From Candidatus Sumerlaeota bacterium (GTDB taxonomy: Bacteria; Sumerlaeota; Sumerlaeia; SLMS01; JAHLLQ01), in contig DAIOTT010000001.1 in NCBI GenBank assembly GCA_036751885.1, positions 1 through 40,802 on the forward strand: 40,802 nt of DNA, written 5' to 3'. The notes below the pieces were generated by a model, which saw only the letters and a list, made by a program, of their open reading frames with translations, was not told where the DNA came from and did not search any database. A program made the position numbers and the translations under genes. Below are positions 16,910-25,610 of the stretch, piece after piece. How positions within the stretch are numbered: position 1 is the first letter of the stretch; each line of letters begins with the position of its first letter.

Positions 16910-19249
16910 ATGATTCAATCACCAACTAATGATTCACCCTGTGATTCGTTAACACCGCTGCAACCAACTTCACCTGCGCTTCCGATTCCGGGAAAATCGC
17001 CGACATTAACCTACGCCCTTGAGTTGATGTTACTCTGCATCCTGATCCTACTCTTCTACCTTCCCTTGCTTACACAAAACGGAATCCCCGCAGGCGCTGA
17101 TCTTTCCAGCATGCTTTGGCCCATGCGCCTCTTCACCCTTGCATCGATTACGGAATTTTACACCGTCCCTCTGTGGAATCCCTTTACCTTTATGGGAATG
17201 CCCTACGCCGCCACGTTGCTGCACACAATCTATTACCCGCCAACTCTACTCTTTCAATTAATCGCAACAAATACACTCGTGGGAATTAAGCTGGAACTGT
17301 TGTTTCACCTTTGCCTTATGGCTTGTGGAACATGGTGGTTTGTTCGAGTCCCCTTGCGCCTAGGCGCAGGTTGCGCTTTGTTCGCTGGGATTGTGTTTGC
17401 CTGCCAACTTAGAATTCAATACGCCCTAGACAATTCTGTTATACTTGCAACGTACAGCTACATTCCTTGGTGTATGGGATTGGTTTGGCTTCTGCTGCAA
17501 AAACGAATCCCCGTTGGGCGTTTCACCCTAATCATGAGTGCGCTGATCGCCTTGCAATTTCTTTCCGGGCACCCGCAGCTTTTTTTGTACACGCGCACCG
17601 CTGAAGTGCTCATGGCTGCTGGGTATTTTGTATGCACCAAACCCGCCGTGAAAACACAAGCTGCCTGCGCTTTCACCTACGCTGCAGCAGGCGTTGCAAG
17701 CCTTGCTCTTGCAGCAGTGCAACTCATTCCCACATTGGAGTTAAGCCCCCTTACATATCGATCCATCTACAAAATGCAATTCGGTTATCCGCTACAAATT
17801 TGCCACACTCCTGAGATGTTTCTTAGCTACATCAGCGCTGGTTGGTTTGAGAACGATGCCCTCAACCAAAGCTCCTCGCACTTTGCGGAATATTTGCTGT
17901 ACATCGGGCTGTTGCCTTTGTCCCTAGCAACTGCCTATTTGGTTTCCCTATTCGTAAAATCAAAAAGAATGACTGCTATTCTACTCATCATCGGAGTGGC
18001 AATTTGCCTGTGCTTTATGCTAAGCGCAAATCTCTCAATCGAACGGATAACAAGTGGTGAATTTACAACAATGCCAAAGGGCGCTTACGCTGAATCATTA
18101 GCCGGTGAAACCTCCTACTACCGCTACCTGTCCCCCTTGGAGGTTATCACAAAAACGTTGCCCCTGCTGGATGGCATGCGTGCACCTTCGCGCTTCTCGC
18201 TGATCCTAAATTTCATGCTCATCGCAATGGCAAGCTTGGGTCTTGATTTCATTCTAAAACGAATCACAAAAGCACCCATGAGAAATCTACTGCTCGTCGT
18301 CGTTCTCACTTCAACATTCGCCAATTTATATCTCCCCTCAATGCGCGCCCCGTTCCGGGACTTGGTTGTCCCTCTGGAGCAAGGCAACCCTCAGCAGTTT
18401 GCCCAGCAACTGCGCGAAGCAAATCCCACACGGCAGTACAGGCTTACCACAACCGATGACGAGCGCGTTCAAGCAACACTAAGCCCTGTTTGGGAAGAAC
18501 GCCAAAGCTCCATGAACCAGCGAATAGAGTTTGCCCAGGAGAATTTAAATGTATTGCTTGCTCAACAAAATGCGGAAGGTTACGAGGAAGGTTTAGCTCC
18601 CACAATCAGGACGAAAGATTTTCTTTTTCACTTCAATCGGCACCTGAGAACCCCCACCCCTGATCCGGTGATTTTGCATTTACTGGGGGTTGATCGCTTC
18701 CGCGCGGATCTTCCTATTTCAACCACATCCTATGAATCCGTACGCGCAATTTCAGGAACGCAAAATGAATTCACCTTCAACAAAACAGCGAGCTTAGCGT
18801 ACTGGGAAACTCAATTTACCGGAATTGATTGGCAGGAACTGGAGGGCCCCTACGAGCACGGTCTTGAGCCGGCATACGGGCGCACAACAACCCTACAAAC
18901 TTACGGCTCAGCCCCCGCATTTTACCCCACAAATCAACCACTCAACGTGCAATTTTTTCATCCCGGTAAAATGCAAATCACTTGGCAGGGAATACCACAG
19001 TCTAGCCTACTCATCTCCATGGGGCAAAGCAACGGCTGGGTTGTTGAGAACGAACCTCTAGCTTGGCGAAATGCCATTATCGCAGAAGTGCCGTTGCCCT
19101 TGCTTGAGGGACGCGAGGCGATTACCTTGGAATACAAGCCCCGAAGCGCCCAGCTAGGTTTGCTGGTTTCAGCCATTGCGCTCTTCATGTGGAGTTTACT
19201 TGCAACACTTTGCCTCTTCACTCGTAAGCCAACGGCGCTACCAGCATGA
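16910..19249 (+). CDS. Large polytopic membrane protein, YfhO-like (probable GT-C-type glycosyltransferase)
   Basis: 779 aa. Many TM helices fill the first roughly 480 aa, followed by a soluble domain and one C-terminal TM (LGLLVSAIALFMWSLLATLCLFT). The N-terminal PLWNPFTFMGMPY segment fits my recollection of YfhO-family proteins. Its stop overlaps the next start (ATGA at 19246-19249). Confidence 0.4.
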   Translation: MIQSPTNDSPCDSLTPLQPTSPALPIPGKSPTLTYALELMLLCILILLFYLPLLTQNGIPAGADLSSMLWPMRLFTLASITEFYTVPLWNPFTFMGMPYAATLLHTIYYPPTLLFQLIATNTLVGIKLELLFHLCLMACGTWWFVRVPLRLGAGCALFAGIVFACQLRIQYALDNSVILATYSYIPWCMGLVWLLLQKRIPVGRFTLIMSALIALQFLSGHPQLFLYTRTAEVLMAAGYFVCTKPAVKTQAACAFTYAAAGVASLALAAVQLIPTLELSPLTYRSIYKMQFGYPLQICHTPEMFLSYISAGWFENDALNQSSSHFAEYLLYIGLLPLSLATAYLVSLFVKSKRMTAILLIIGVAICLCFMLSANLSIERITSGEFTTMPKGAYAESLAGETSYYRYLSPLEVITKTLPLLDGMRAPSRFSLILNFMLIAMASLGLDFILKRITKAPMRNLLLVVVLTSTFANLYLPSMRAPFRDLVVPLEQGNPQQFAQQLREANPTRQYRLTTTDDERVQATLSPVWEERQSSMNQRIEFAQENLNVLLAQQNAEGYEEGLAPTIRTKDFLFHFNRHLRTPTPDPVILHLLGVDRFRADLPISTTSYESVRAISGTQNEFTFNKTASLAYWETQFTGIDWQELEGPYEHGLEPAYGRTTTLQTYGSAPAFYPTNQPLNVQFFHPGKMQITWQGIPQSSLLISMGQSNGWVVENEPLAWRNAIIAEVPLPLLEGREAITLEYKPRSAQLGLLVSAIALFMWSLLATLCLFTRKPTALPA

Positions 19250-20205
19250 GCCAAAAACCGAACGCCTATGTACATGTGGATATGGACGGCTTATGGGCCA
19301 TTCGGCGCTGTTACTCCCTTCCTGAAGGGGACACACTACGCCTTGATCCTGTTTGGGAAGAAGGCATTCCCCAATTGGCGTGTTGGTTTCAGCAGCTGGG
19401 TTTACCTGCAAGCTTCTTTGTGGTGGGGCGAGATTTATTCATCCGCTCCAAGCAAAACCAGCTGCGCACCCTACACCAGCAAGGCTTTGAAATTGCCAAC
19501 CATTCACACACTCACAAATTAGGGATAACACGCCTTTCACCCGTTCGCTTGGTGGAGGAAATTCAACTTGCCCATGAGCTGATTTGCCGCTGCGGAGTGC
19601 CAGTACCCACGGGCTTTCGCGCACCGGGGTATGATGTAGACGAACGGGTTCTTTCTACGCTGCGTACCCTAGGCTACAGGTACGATGCCTCTCTTCTGCC
19701 AACATACCTTACCCCCGCGTTGCGCGTTGCTGATGCGCTTATGGCACGGCACATCAACCTCCGCAAACGTCAGTTTGGCCAGTTACGCTACGCGGTTGCA
19801 CCTCAACAACCGTACATCCCGAAGCCAGAATCAATCTTGCGTGCCGCCAACAGGGACACTGATCTTACAACTTCTAATATACCGCCGCTTTGGGAGTTCC
19901 CTGTAAGCGTGATTACCCCCTTCCGGTTCCCCCTTACAGCCTCTGCAATCTTTGCCTTGGGTCCCCAGCGAGTTTGCGACGCAATAGCCCAACACGCAGC
20001 GCAAAAAAAATCCATCCTACTACTGCTTCACGGCATTGATGCGGTGGATTGCTCCCAGCCAATCATCTTCCCAAACCGAAAGCCCCAAGCAGGAGGTTTC
20101 AATCTTTCCCTCCGTGAGAAAGAACAGATGATTCTACCTGTGTTGAAAACAGTTCTTAAATACTTTACCCCTGTGCGAAGTTGTGATGCAATTCAGTTCA
20201 TGTAA
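19246..20205 (+). CDS. Polysaccharide deacetylase (NodB-homology / CE4-like)
   Basis: Motifs occur in the expected order: VHVDMDG (Asp pair), ANHSHTH (His-His metal site), FRAPGY, and LLLHGID. Confidence 0.75.
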   Translation: MSQKPNAYVHVDMDGLWAIRRCYSLPEGDTLRLDPVWEEGIPQLACWFQQLGLPASFFVVGRDLFIRSKQNQLRTLHQQGFEIANHSHTHKLGITRLSPVRLVEEIQLAHELICRCGVPVPTGFRAPGYDVDERVLSTLRTLGYRYDASLLPTYLTPALRVADALMARHINLRKRQFGQLRYAVAPQQPYIPKPESILRAANRDTDLTTSNIPPLWEFPVSVITPFRFPLTASAIFALGPQRVCDAIAQHAAQKKSILLLLHGIDAVDCSQPIIFPNRKPQAGGFNLSLREKEQMILPVLKTVLKYFTPVRSCDAIQFM

Positions 20206-20257
20206 ACACCCCTTCCGCTTGAACCGCCCTCTACCCCACTTTGAAAGTATACCACGC

Positions 20258-21727
20258 ATGAAATCTTTCCTTCACTCTGCGGCCCCAATCATCTTAGCCG
20301 TATTGCCCTTTGCACTTTCCGCCCAAGCAGAAACTCTGCAACAACGAATCACGTCGGTACTTGAAAAACCAGACTACGAAGCGGTGAGCTTTGTTGGCAT
20401 TTCAATCTTGGATACAACAACCGGCGAGGAGTTATTTTCTCAATACACGAACAAGCTCTTTACACCCGCTTCAAACGCTAAGCTATTCAGCTCTGCCGCA
20501 GCATTGGATGTGTTTGGGCCCGACCACACATTTCAAACAACAGTACACCACGACGGAACGCTGGAAGACGGAACGCTTACAGGCTCCCTTATTTTGCACG
20601 GCGGTGGCGACCCAACACTCTTTACCGATTCATTGAAAGCCTTAGCCGCACAGGTTAGCGAAAAAGTAAACGTCATTCACGGCAATCTAATTGTTGACGT
20701 GTCACTCTTTAATTCTCCCCTAAAAGGGCCCGGCTGGATGTGGGATGACAACCCCGATACGTACAGCATGAGCATTAGCCCCTTGATGCTAAATTACAAC
20801 ACAACACGAATCACCGTAAGCCAAACCCAGAACGGGCAACTGAGCGCGCGGTTATTCCCTGAAACACAATACCCAGTGGTAGAATTCCTAGGGGGTTTCG
20901 GCCCCGTGCGGATTAACCGAAAACCCTTTCACCCAACCTTTACCGTAACGGGATCAGAACTCCCCGAATCCGGCCGGGCAGAAACCACCTTGGCCGTCTA
21001 CGATCCTGCCCCCTGGATTGGACATGCATTCTATTCGATGCTTTTGGAGCAAGGGATTGAATTCACACAAGCCGGCGATTCGGGTAGCACAGGGACTCAA
21101 CCTAGTACCCAACCCATTGTTGTGGCAAAAGTCCCCCAACAAGGCACGCAACTCTGCTCCGTACAATCCAAGCCCATGAGCGAAATTCTTACGTTGTTCA
21201 ACAAGCCCAGCGAGAATGCCATTGGCGAAGTTTTGCTGCACCACCTAGCGGGGCCAACCGGCGCAAAGCCTGCAAACTGGCGCAACGGCTCCGCAGCCTT
21301 AGCCACTTGGCTTGAGGAAACCGTAGGCCTGCAAAAAGAGAGCTTTCGCCTGCAAGATGGCTCGGGCCTTACGCGCTACAACCTGATAACCCCTGCCGGC
21401 ACAACCCAGCTTTTACAACACATGGCAAAAGGCCCCAACGCAAAAACCTACTTAGAATCCCTCCCCATTGCGGGTGTTGATGGCACCCTGAGAAACCGCA
21501 TGAAAACCCTACCGCAAGGGGCCGCAATACACGCCAAAACCGGAACAATGTCCGGCGTCTCCTGCCTTTCGGGGTACGCCAAAACCCCAGAGGGCAAGTG
21601 GCGAACCTTTTCAATCTTGGTAAACGGGTACACCGGTTCCTCCAACATTGCGCGGCTTTTACAAGATGAACTGTGCGTACAACTTGTAGCCTTGCCTACG
21701 GAGACTTTCTCAACACTGAAGCAATAG
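20258..21727 (+). CDS. dacB: D-alanyl-D-alanine carboxypeptidase/endopeptidase, PBP4 type (peptidase S13)
   Basis: SxxK active site in TPASNAKLFSSAAAL. KTG motif in HAKTGTMSGVS. The ATG at 20258 gives signal peptide MKSFLHSAAPIILAVLPFALSAQA. The track's earlier start at 20183 adds a non-signal leader. Confidence 0.85.
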   Translation: MKSFLHSAAPIILAVLPFALSAQAETLQQRITSVLEKPDYEAVSFVGISILDTTTGEELFSQYTNKLFTPASNAKLFSSAAALDVFGPDHTFQTTVHHDGTLEDGTLTGSLILHGGGDPTLFTDSLKALAAQVSEKVNVIHGNLIVDVSLFNSPLKGPGWMWDDNPDTYSMSISPLMLNYNTTRITVSQTQNGQLSARLFPETQYPVVEFLGGFGPVRINRKPFHPTFTVTGSELPESGRAETTLAVYDPAPWIGHAFYSMLLEQGIEFTQAGDSGSTGTQPSTQPIVVAKVPQQGTQLCSVQSKPMSEILTLFNKPSENAIGEVLLHHLAGPTGAKPANWRNGSAALATWLEETVGLQKESFRLQDGSGLTRYNLITPAGTTQLLQHMAKGPNAKTYLESLPIAGVDGTLRNRMKTLPQGAAIHAKTGTMSGVSCLSGYAKTPEGKWRTFSILVNGYTGSSNIARLLQDELCVQLVALPTETFSTLKQ

Positions 21728-21849
21728 CAAAAATGCGACAACTACGATGATCATCAAAAATAATTATTGCAAAGTTGAGAGTTGAATCTCCCCGGCAATA
21801 CCGATTGTGGCATAAACAAAGACTTGGAAAGAGTTGCTAGTAACGAATC

Positions 21850-22211
21850 TAGCTCTTGAGTAAATTATCGCTCAATCAAACTTCCTACTCCATGCGCCTC
21901 TGCGTCCCCGCCGCTTTGGTTAAACTAAAAGCCTAGATTCCTAGTCGGATAAAATTCAACGCGGAGCCGCAAAGGCTCAGGGACGCTGGGAGGGAGAAGG
22001 TATACTATAACCATCTGTATTTACACGTTATTACGAAAAGTGAAAATCCTTGTACTATAAATTCATTATTCCCAAAAAAACTAAGCTCAATAAAGCATCC
22101 CAATCTCAGCGTCTCAGCTTCCCGGCGTCGTTGCGTTTTAAATGATAGCCGATAAGATGTTGAGCGAGAGCTTATGGTTTAGCGATTTTGGGATTCACTC
22201 AAGTAGAGCTA
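21850..22211. repeat. Nested imperfect inverted repeats around an A/T-rich core in a long convergent spacer
   Basis: Outer arms are 21850-21877 versus the reverse complement of 22176-22211 (tagctct[act]tgagt[a/g]aat..atcgct). Inner GC-rich arms are 21958-21994 versus the reverse complement of 22098-22137. A third copy of the GC-rich motif lies at 21893-21920. The octamer tactataa occurs at 22003-22010 and 22053-22060. All alignments were done by hand. Confidence 0.5.
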
Positions 22212-22334
22212 TCACGTTAAAACAGACTTAATTATCTGCACGATGTTTAGGCAATTCTTCCGGAAGAGCATTGAATCAATGCGATGATTTGCAATGGTGT
22301 TGGTTTTAGTGTTTCAATATCATGAACAAAACGA

Positions 22335-22706
22335 CTACACATCAGGCTCTGTTATTTTCATGTCCTCCACAACCCAGGGGCGGTTGTTTTTGGCGGTGAG
22401 GGATAATTCTACGTCGATTGTTCCCTCGGTGCCGTGGAGGCGGAATTGGCGGCTTTCACGGCGGATTGTTGTGTTGGTGAAGTTAAATTTCTGCTGTGAA
22501 TCTGAGGAGCCGATGAGCTCCACGGTCATCAGGTTGCCGAGTTTTTCTTGGTATTCGGGAGCGGTAGAAAGTGCGCGCACAAACACCTCCGCGTGGTCCC
22601 CTAGGGGTTTAACGTCGATCGCATTGCCGGGGCCTTTGCTGCTGCAGCCTGTTAGGGTTGTAGCCGCTAGGCACCCCCCCAGAAGTATAGCGCTGATTGA
22701 TTTCAT
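22335..22706 (-). CDS. Small lipoprotein, function unknown
   Basis: MKSISAILLGGCLAATTLTGCSS has a signal peptide and an LTGC lipobox. AGGAG lies 10 nt upstream of the ATG. It is chosen over the overlapping plus-strand ORF 22294-22737, which has no such features. Confidence 0.65.
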   Translation of the reverse strand: MKSISAILLGGCLAATTLTGCSSKGPGNAIDVKPLGDHAEVFVRALSTAPEYQEKLGNLMTVELIGSSDSQQKFNFTNTTIRRESRQFRLHGTEGTIDVELSLTAKNNRPWVVEDMKITEPDV

Positions 22707-22753
22707 CGTTTGTGTTCTCCTAAAGGGGGATTGTTGATTCTTGTGAGAACGGA

Positions 22754-24088
22754 TTAGGCTTTTTTTGAGCCCAATACGTCCGGCCGGCCGATGCTGAAGT
22801 AATCGAACCCGAGGCGTTCCATTTGCTCCGGTTTGTAGATGTTCCGCCCATCAAACACGATTTGTTGTTTCATGGATTTGCCGATTTTCTCCAGGTTCAA
22901 AAGCTTAAACTCGTTCCACTCGGTCATCACTACAAGCGCATCAACACCTTTGGCACAATCGTAGGCGTTATCAACGTATTCAATAAAACTTGGCAACGGT
23001 GGTTCTGCCGTTGTTTTTGCCTTTTCCATGGAAATGGGATCGTAAGCAACAACTTCTTTTAACCCCGCCGCGATGAGAGCGTGGATTACCTCAACGGATT
23101 TGGCTTCACGCATGTCATCGGTGTTGGGCTTGAACGCAAGGCCCAAGATGCCGACCCGTTTGCCCTCCAAATGACCGAGTTTTTCCAGGATGCGATTGAT
23201 AAAGCGGGGCGTGCGGTTTTGGTTCACTTTGCCGACGGCATCTAGGATGAATGTATCTTCGCCCAAGGCTTTTGCTTTGTGATTCAGGGAATCAACATCC
23301 TTGGGGAAACAGCTGCCGCCGTACCCAAGGCCTGCCATCAGGAATTCCTTACCGATGCGGTGATCAAAGCCCATGCCCTTGGCCACAAGGCTAACGTCGG
23401 CCCCGGTTTTTTCACAGATGTTGGCGATTGCGTTGATGAAGGAGATTTTAGTGGCAAGAAAGGCATTGCTGGCGTATTTGATGAGTTCCGCACTCGCAAC
23501 ATCGGTAATCAACATAGGGCGCTCCAAGGGGGCGTAAAGCTCCAGCAAGGACATGGCAACGTTTTGGGTGGGCGCGCCGATCACTATACGGTCTGGCATG
23601 AAGCTATCGGTAATGGCGCTGCCTTCTTTTAGAAACTCAGGGTTTGAGACAACATCAAACGGAACATCGTTCTTTTTGTGCTCTTCAATTATGCCCTTAG
23701 TGAAAAGCCCAGTACCAACGGGAACTGTGGATTTGTTGACGATGATTTTGTAATCGTTTATTGCCAAGGCGATTTCCTTAGCAACGGCTGCTACGTAGGA
23801 TAAATCCGTAGATCCATCCGCGGCAGGCGGCGTTCCTACAGCGATGAATACAACCTTGGAGGCTTGCACAGCGGCAACGGTATCTGTGGTAAAGGTGATG
23901 CGACCATCATGCTGATTTTTGCGGACCATTTCTTCCAGGCCGGGCTCGTAGATCGGCATGATGTTTTTCTTCAACATCTCAACTTTTTCGGCGTTATTGT
24001 CCACGCAGATCACATCATTTCCTAAGTCTGAAAAGACGGCTCCCGTTACTAGGCCAACATAGCCGGTTCCAATGACACAGACGTTCAT
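22754..24088 (-). CDS. ugd: UDP-glucose 6-dehydrogenase
   Basis: N-terminal Rossmann motif MNVCVIGTGYVGLVTGAVFSDLGNDVICVD. IMPIYEPGLEEMV is present. Catalytic Cys in GYGGSCFPKDV. Length is 444 aa. Confidence 0.9.
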   Translation of the reverse strand: MNVCVIGTGYVGLVTGAVFSDLGNDVICVDNNAEKVEMLKKNIMPIYEPGLEEMVRKNQHDGRITFTTDTVAAVQASKVVFIAVGTPPAADGSTDLSYVAAVAKEIALAINDYKIIVNKSTVPVGTGLFTKGIIEEHKKNDVPFDVVSNPEFLKEGSAITDSFMPDRIVIGAPTQNVAMSLLELYAPLERPMLITDVASAELIKYASNAFLATKISFINAIANICEKTGADVSLVAKGMGFDHRIGKEFLMAGLGYGGSCFPKDVDSLNHKAKALGEDTFILDAVGKVNQNRTPRFINRILEKLGHLEGKRVGILGLAFKPNTDDMREAKSVEVIHALIAAGLKEVVAYDPISMEKAKTTAEPPLPSFIEYVDNAYDCAKGVDALVVMTEWNEFKLLNLEKIGKSMKQQIVFDGRNIYKPEQMERLGFDYFSIGRPDVLGSKKA

Positions 24089-24300
24089 ACAGTGTTCTCC
24101 AAGTTCTCTAGTTCAAAATGCGCGGAACGCATTGCTTTACGCCAACCGCTTTCGTAGTTGGCGCACACAGATGAGATAAAAATTCATCGGCGGATAGGAA
24201 AAGACGGTGGGCACTCAGTGTCCAGCGGAAAAGGGCTTTTGATTGCTTTTGAAGCCGATGCGCGTGGTTATTTTACCTATTGCAGGGGCCGCACACGGAA

Positions 24301-25374
24301 TCAGGGGACAGAAAACGCATTATTCGTGTACCCTGTATCAGCCTCTGGAACAATATTGTAATTCTCCGGATCGTTCGCCCACTCGCCGTCTACAATCAGT
24401 TTATAGGTATAATAGCCGCGCCCAAGCCTGAACTTCCCGCCCCAGAAGTTTTTATCGTTGGGGTTTTGGTACAACGGGGTAGGAACCCATTGGTTAAAAT
24501 CGCCGGCAACTTCAACTTTTTTGGCAACCGGGTTATAGTATACAAACAAAATCCCATCGTTGGAGATAATTGGATTGGTGCGGGCATTCCCGCTGACCAT
24601 TACATTGTTGAGCGTTCCAATGCCGCTCATTCTTTTGTACGGGTTGTAGGGATCCTCAAAGTATTCATCCGCTTCAGAGAGGAATTTATACTCGTAGATG
24701 CGGTTTGTTTCCAGAAAGATGTTCACGTACCAAGTGCCCTCTTGGTATGCCATTGGGATTTCCCGAGGCCGCCAGTTATTGAAGTCGCCGACGAGGTAAA
24801 GGCCGGTCAGTTTTTTTTCCGGATCGGGGTAATGCAACGTAAAGGGGTTAGTATTCTCGCGCTGCTCGCGAATATCCACGGCCGTTGTATCAAAGAAGCT
24901 GAGTCGATCGTTATTGCCGAAGCCCCGAAATTTTTTGACCGCAACCTGCGTTCGGGTGCTGTGGGCATTAAAGTCAAAAGGGGATTGAAACCCCACCATT
25001 CGGTCGATTTCACGCCCGGCGGAATCTAAGAACATCACGGTGGGAATGCGGTATACACCCAACGATTGCGCCAATTCCGTTTGAATACTGGCATCAATAG
25101 CGATGCTGACAAAGTTATTCAGGCTCTCGAGAACATCCTGATCTTTAAAAGTTTTCTCCTGCATTTCATAGGCGGGGTACGCCGTGCGGGTGTAGAAATA
25201 AACCATGCCGGGCTTGTTTTCCCAAAGCATAGCTTGCTTGCCTTTTTCGTAATCCGTGTGCCATTCAATTGCGAGCTCTTGGGCGGGCAATAAAGCCGCA
25301 AAGGATAAGATAAAAATAAGCGTTAGCTGCAAGCATCGTTCAGAAAAAAAAGCGGTACTCATAATTCCCTCCAA
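24301..25374 (-). CDS. Secreted thioredoxin-fold (Cys-less) protein with two CBM48 / AMPK-beta-like glycan-binding (E-set) domains
   Basis: Signal-like N-terminus (LQLTLIFILSFAALLPAQE). A thioredoxin-like segment (KPGMVYFYTRTAYPAYEMQEKTF ... YRIPTVMFLDSAG) has no CxxC. Two CBM48-like units follow: LYLVGDFNNWRP...YEYKF and VEVAGDFNQWVP...YYTYKLIVDGEWANDPEN. Confidence 0.55.
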   Translation of the reverse strand: MEGIMSTAFFSERCLQLTLIFILSFAALLPAQELAIEWHTDYEKGKQAMLWENKPGMVYFYTRTAYPAYEMQEKTFKDQDVLESLNNFVSIAIDASIQTELAQSLGVYRIPTVMFLDSAGREIDRMVGFQSPFDFNAHSTRTQVAVKKFRGFGNNDRLSFFDTTAVDIREQRENTNPFTLHYPDPEKKLTGLYLVGDFNNWRPREIPMAYQEGTWYVNIFLETNRIYEYKFLSEADEYFEDPYNPYKRMSGIGTLNNVMVSGNARTNPIISNDGILFVYYNPVAKKVEVAGDFNQWVPTPLYQNPNDKNFWGGKFRLGRGYYTYKLIVDGEWANDPENYNIVPEADTGYTNNAFSVP

Positions 25375-25610
25375 GGGATCTTATGAAAGGCTTTATAAAG
25401 ACTTATACTCTAGCATTGCAAGAAAAAAGAAGGAATACGTAACCTGTTTTCCTCCGCATATACAGGAATCCATGCCGATTCTGGGATGCGGTGCAATGGC
25501 GGTCCCATCATGACTTGATCAATTGATTCCACCGGTGCAATTTTATGCCGCGCGAAATGTTAGTAATCCTGTTATCGCGTCAGAAGAAAACACCCTTATC
25601 TGTGTTACAG

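Noticed and set aside
21728-22334. A known housekeeping ncRNA (tmRNA, RNase P RNA, SRP RNA, 6S RNA, tRNA) in the long spacer
   Set aside because: I could not find the signatures I remember for these: a tRNA T-loop GGTTCGAATCC type, the RNase P GGAAAGTCCGGGC type, or SRP GGAAG-type loops. The inner repeat span of about 180 nt is 6S-like in length, but its 100-nt A/T core does not fit a 6S central bubble. The question is left open as a finding rather than a call.
22294-22737. 147-aa plus-strand ORF overlapping the lipoprotein gene
   Set aside because: The minus-strand ORF has an AGGAG RBS, a signal peptide and an LTGC lipobox. The plus-strand ORF has none of these and would run into the ugd stop region.
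24280-25029. 249-aa plus-strand ORF
   Set aside because: It is entirely antisense to the 357-aa minus-strand gene, which carries recognisable CBM48-like motifs and a signal peptide. The plus-strand translation has no motif and an odd composition.
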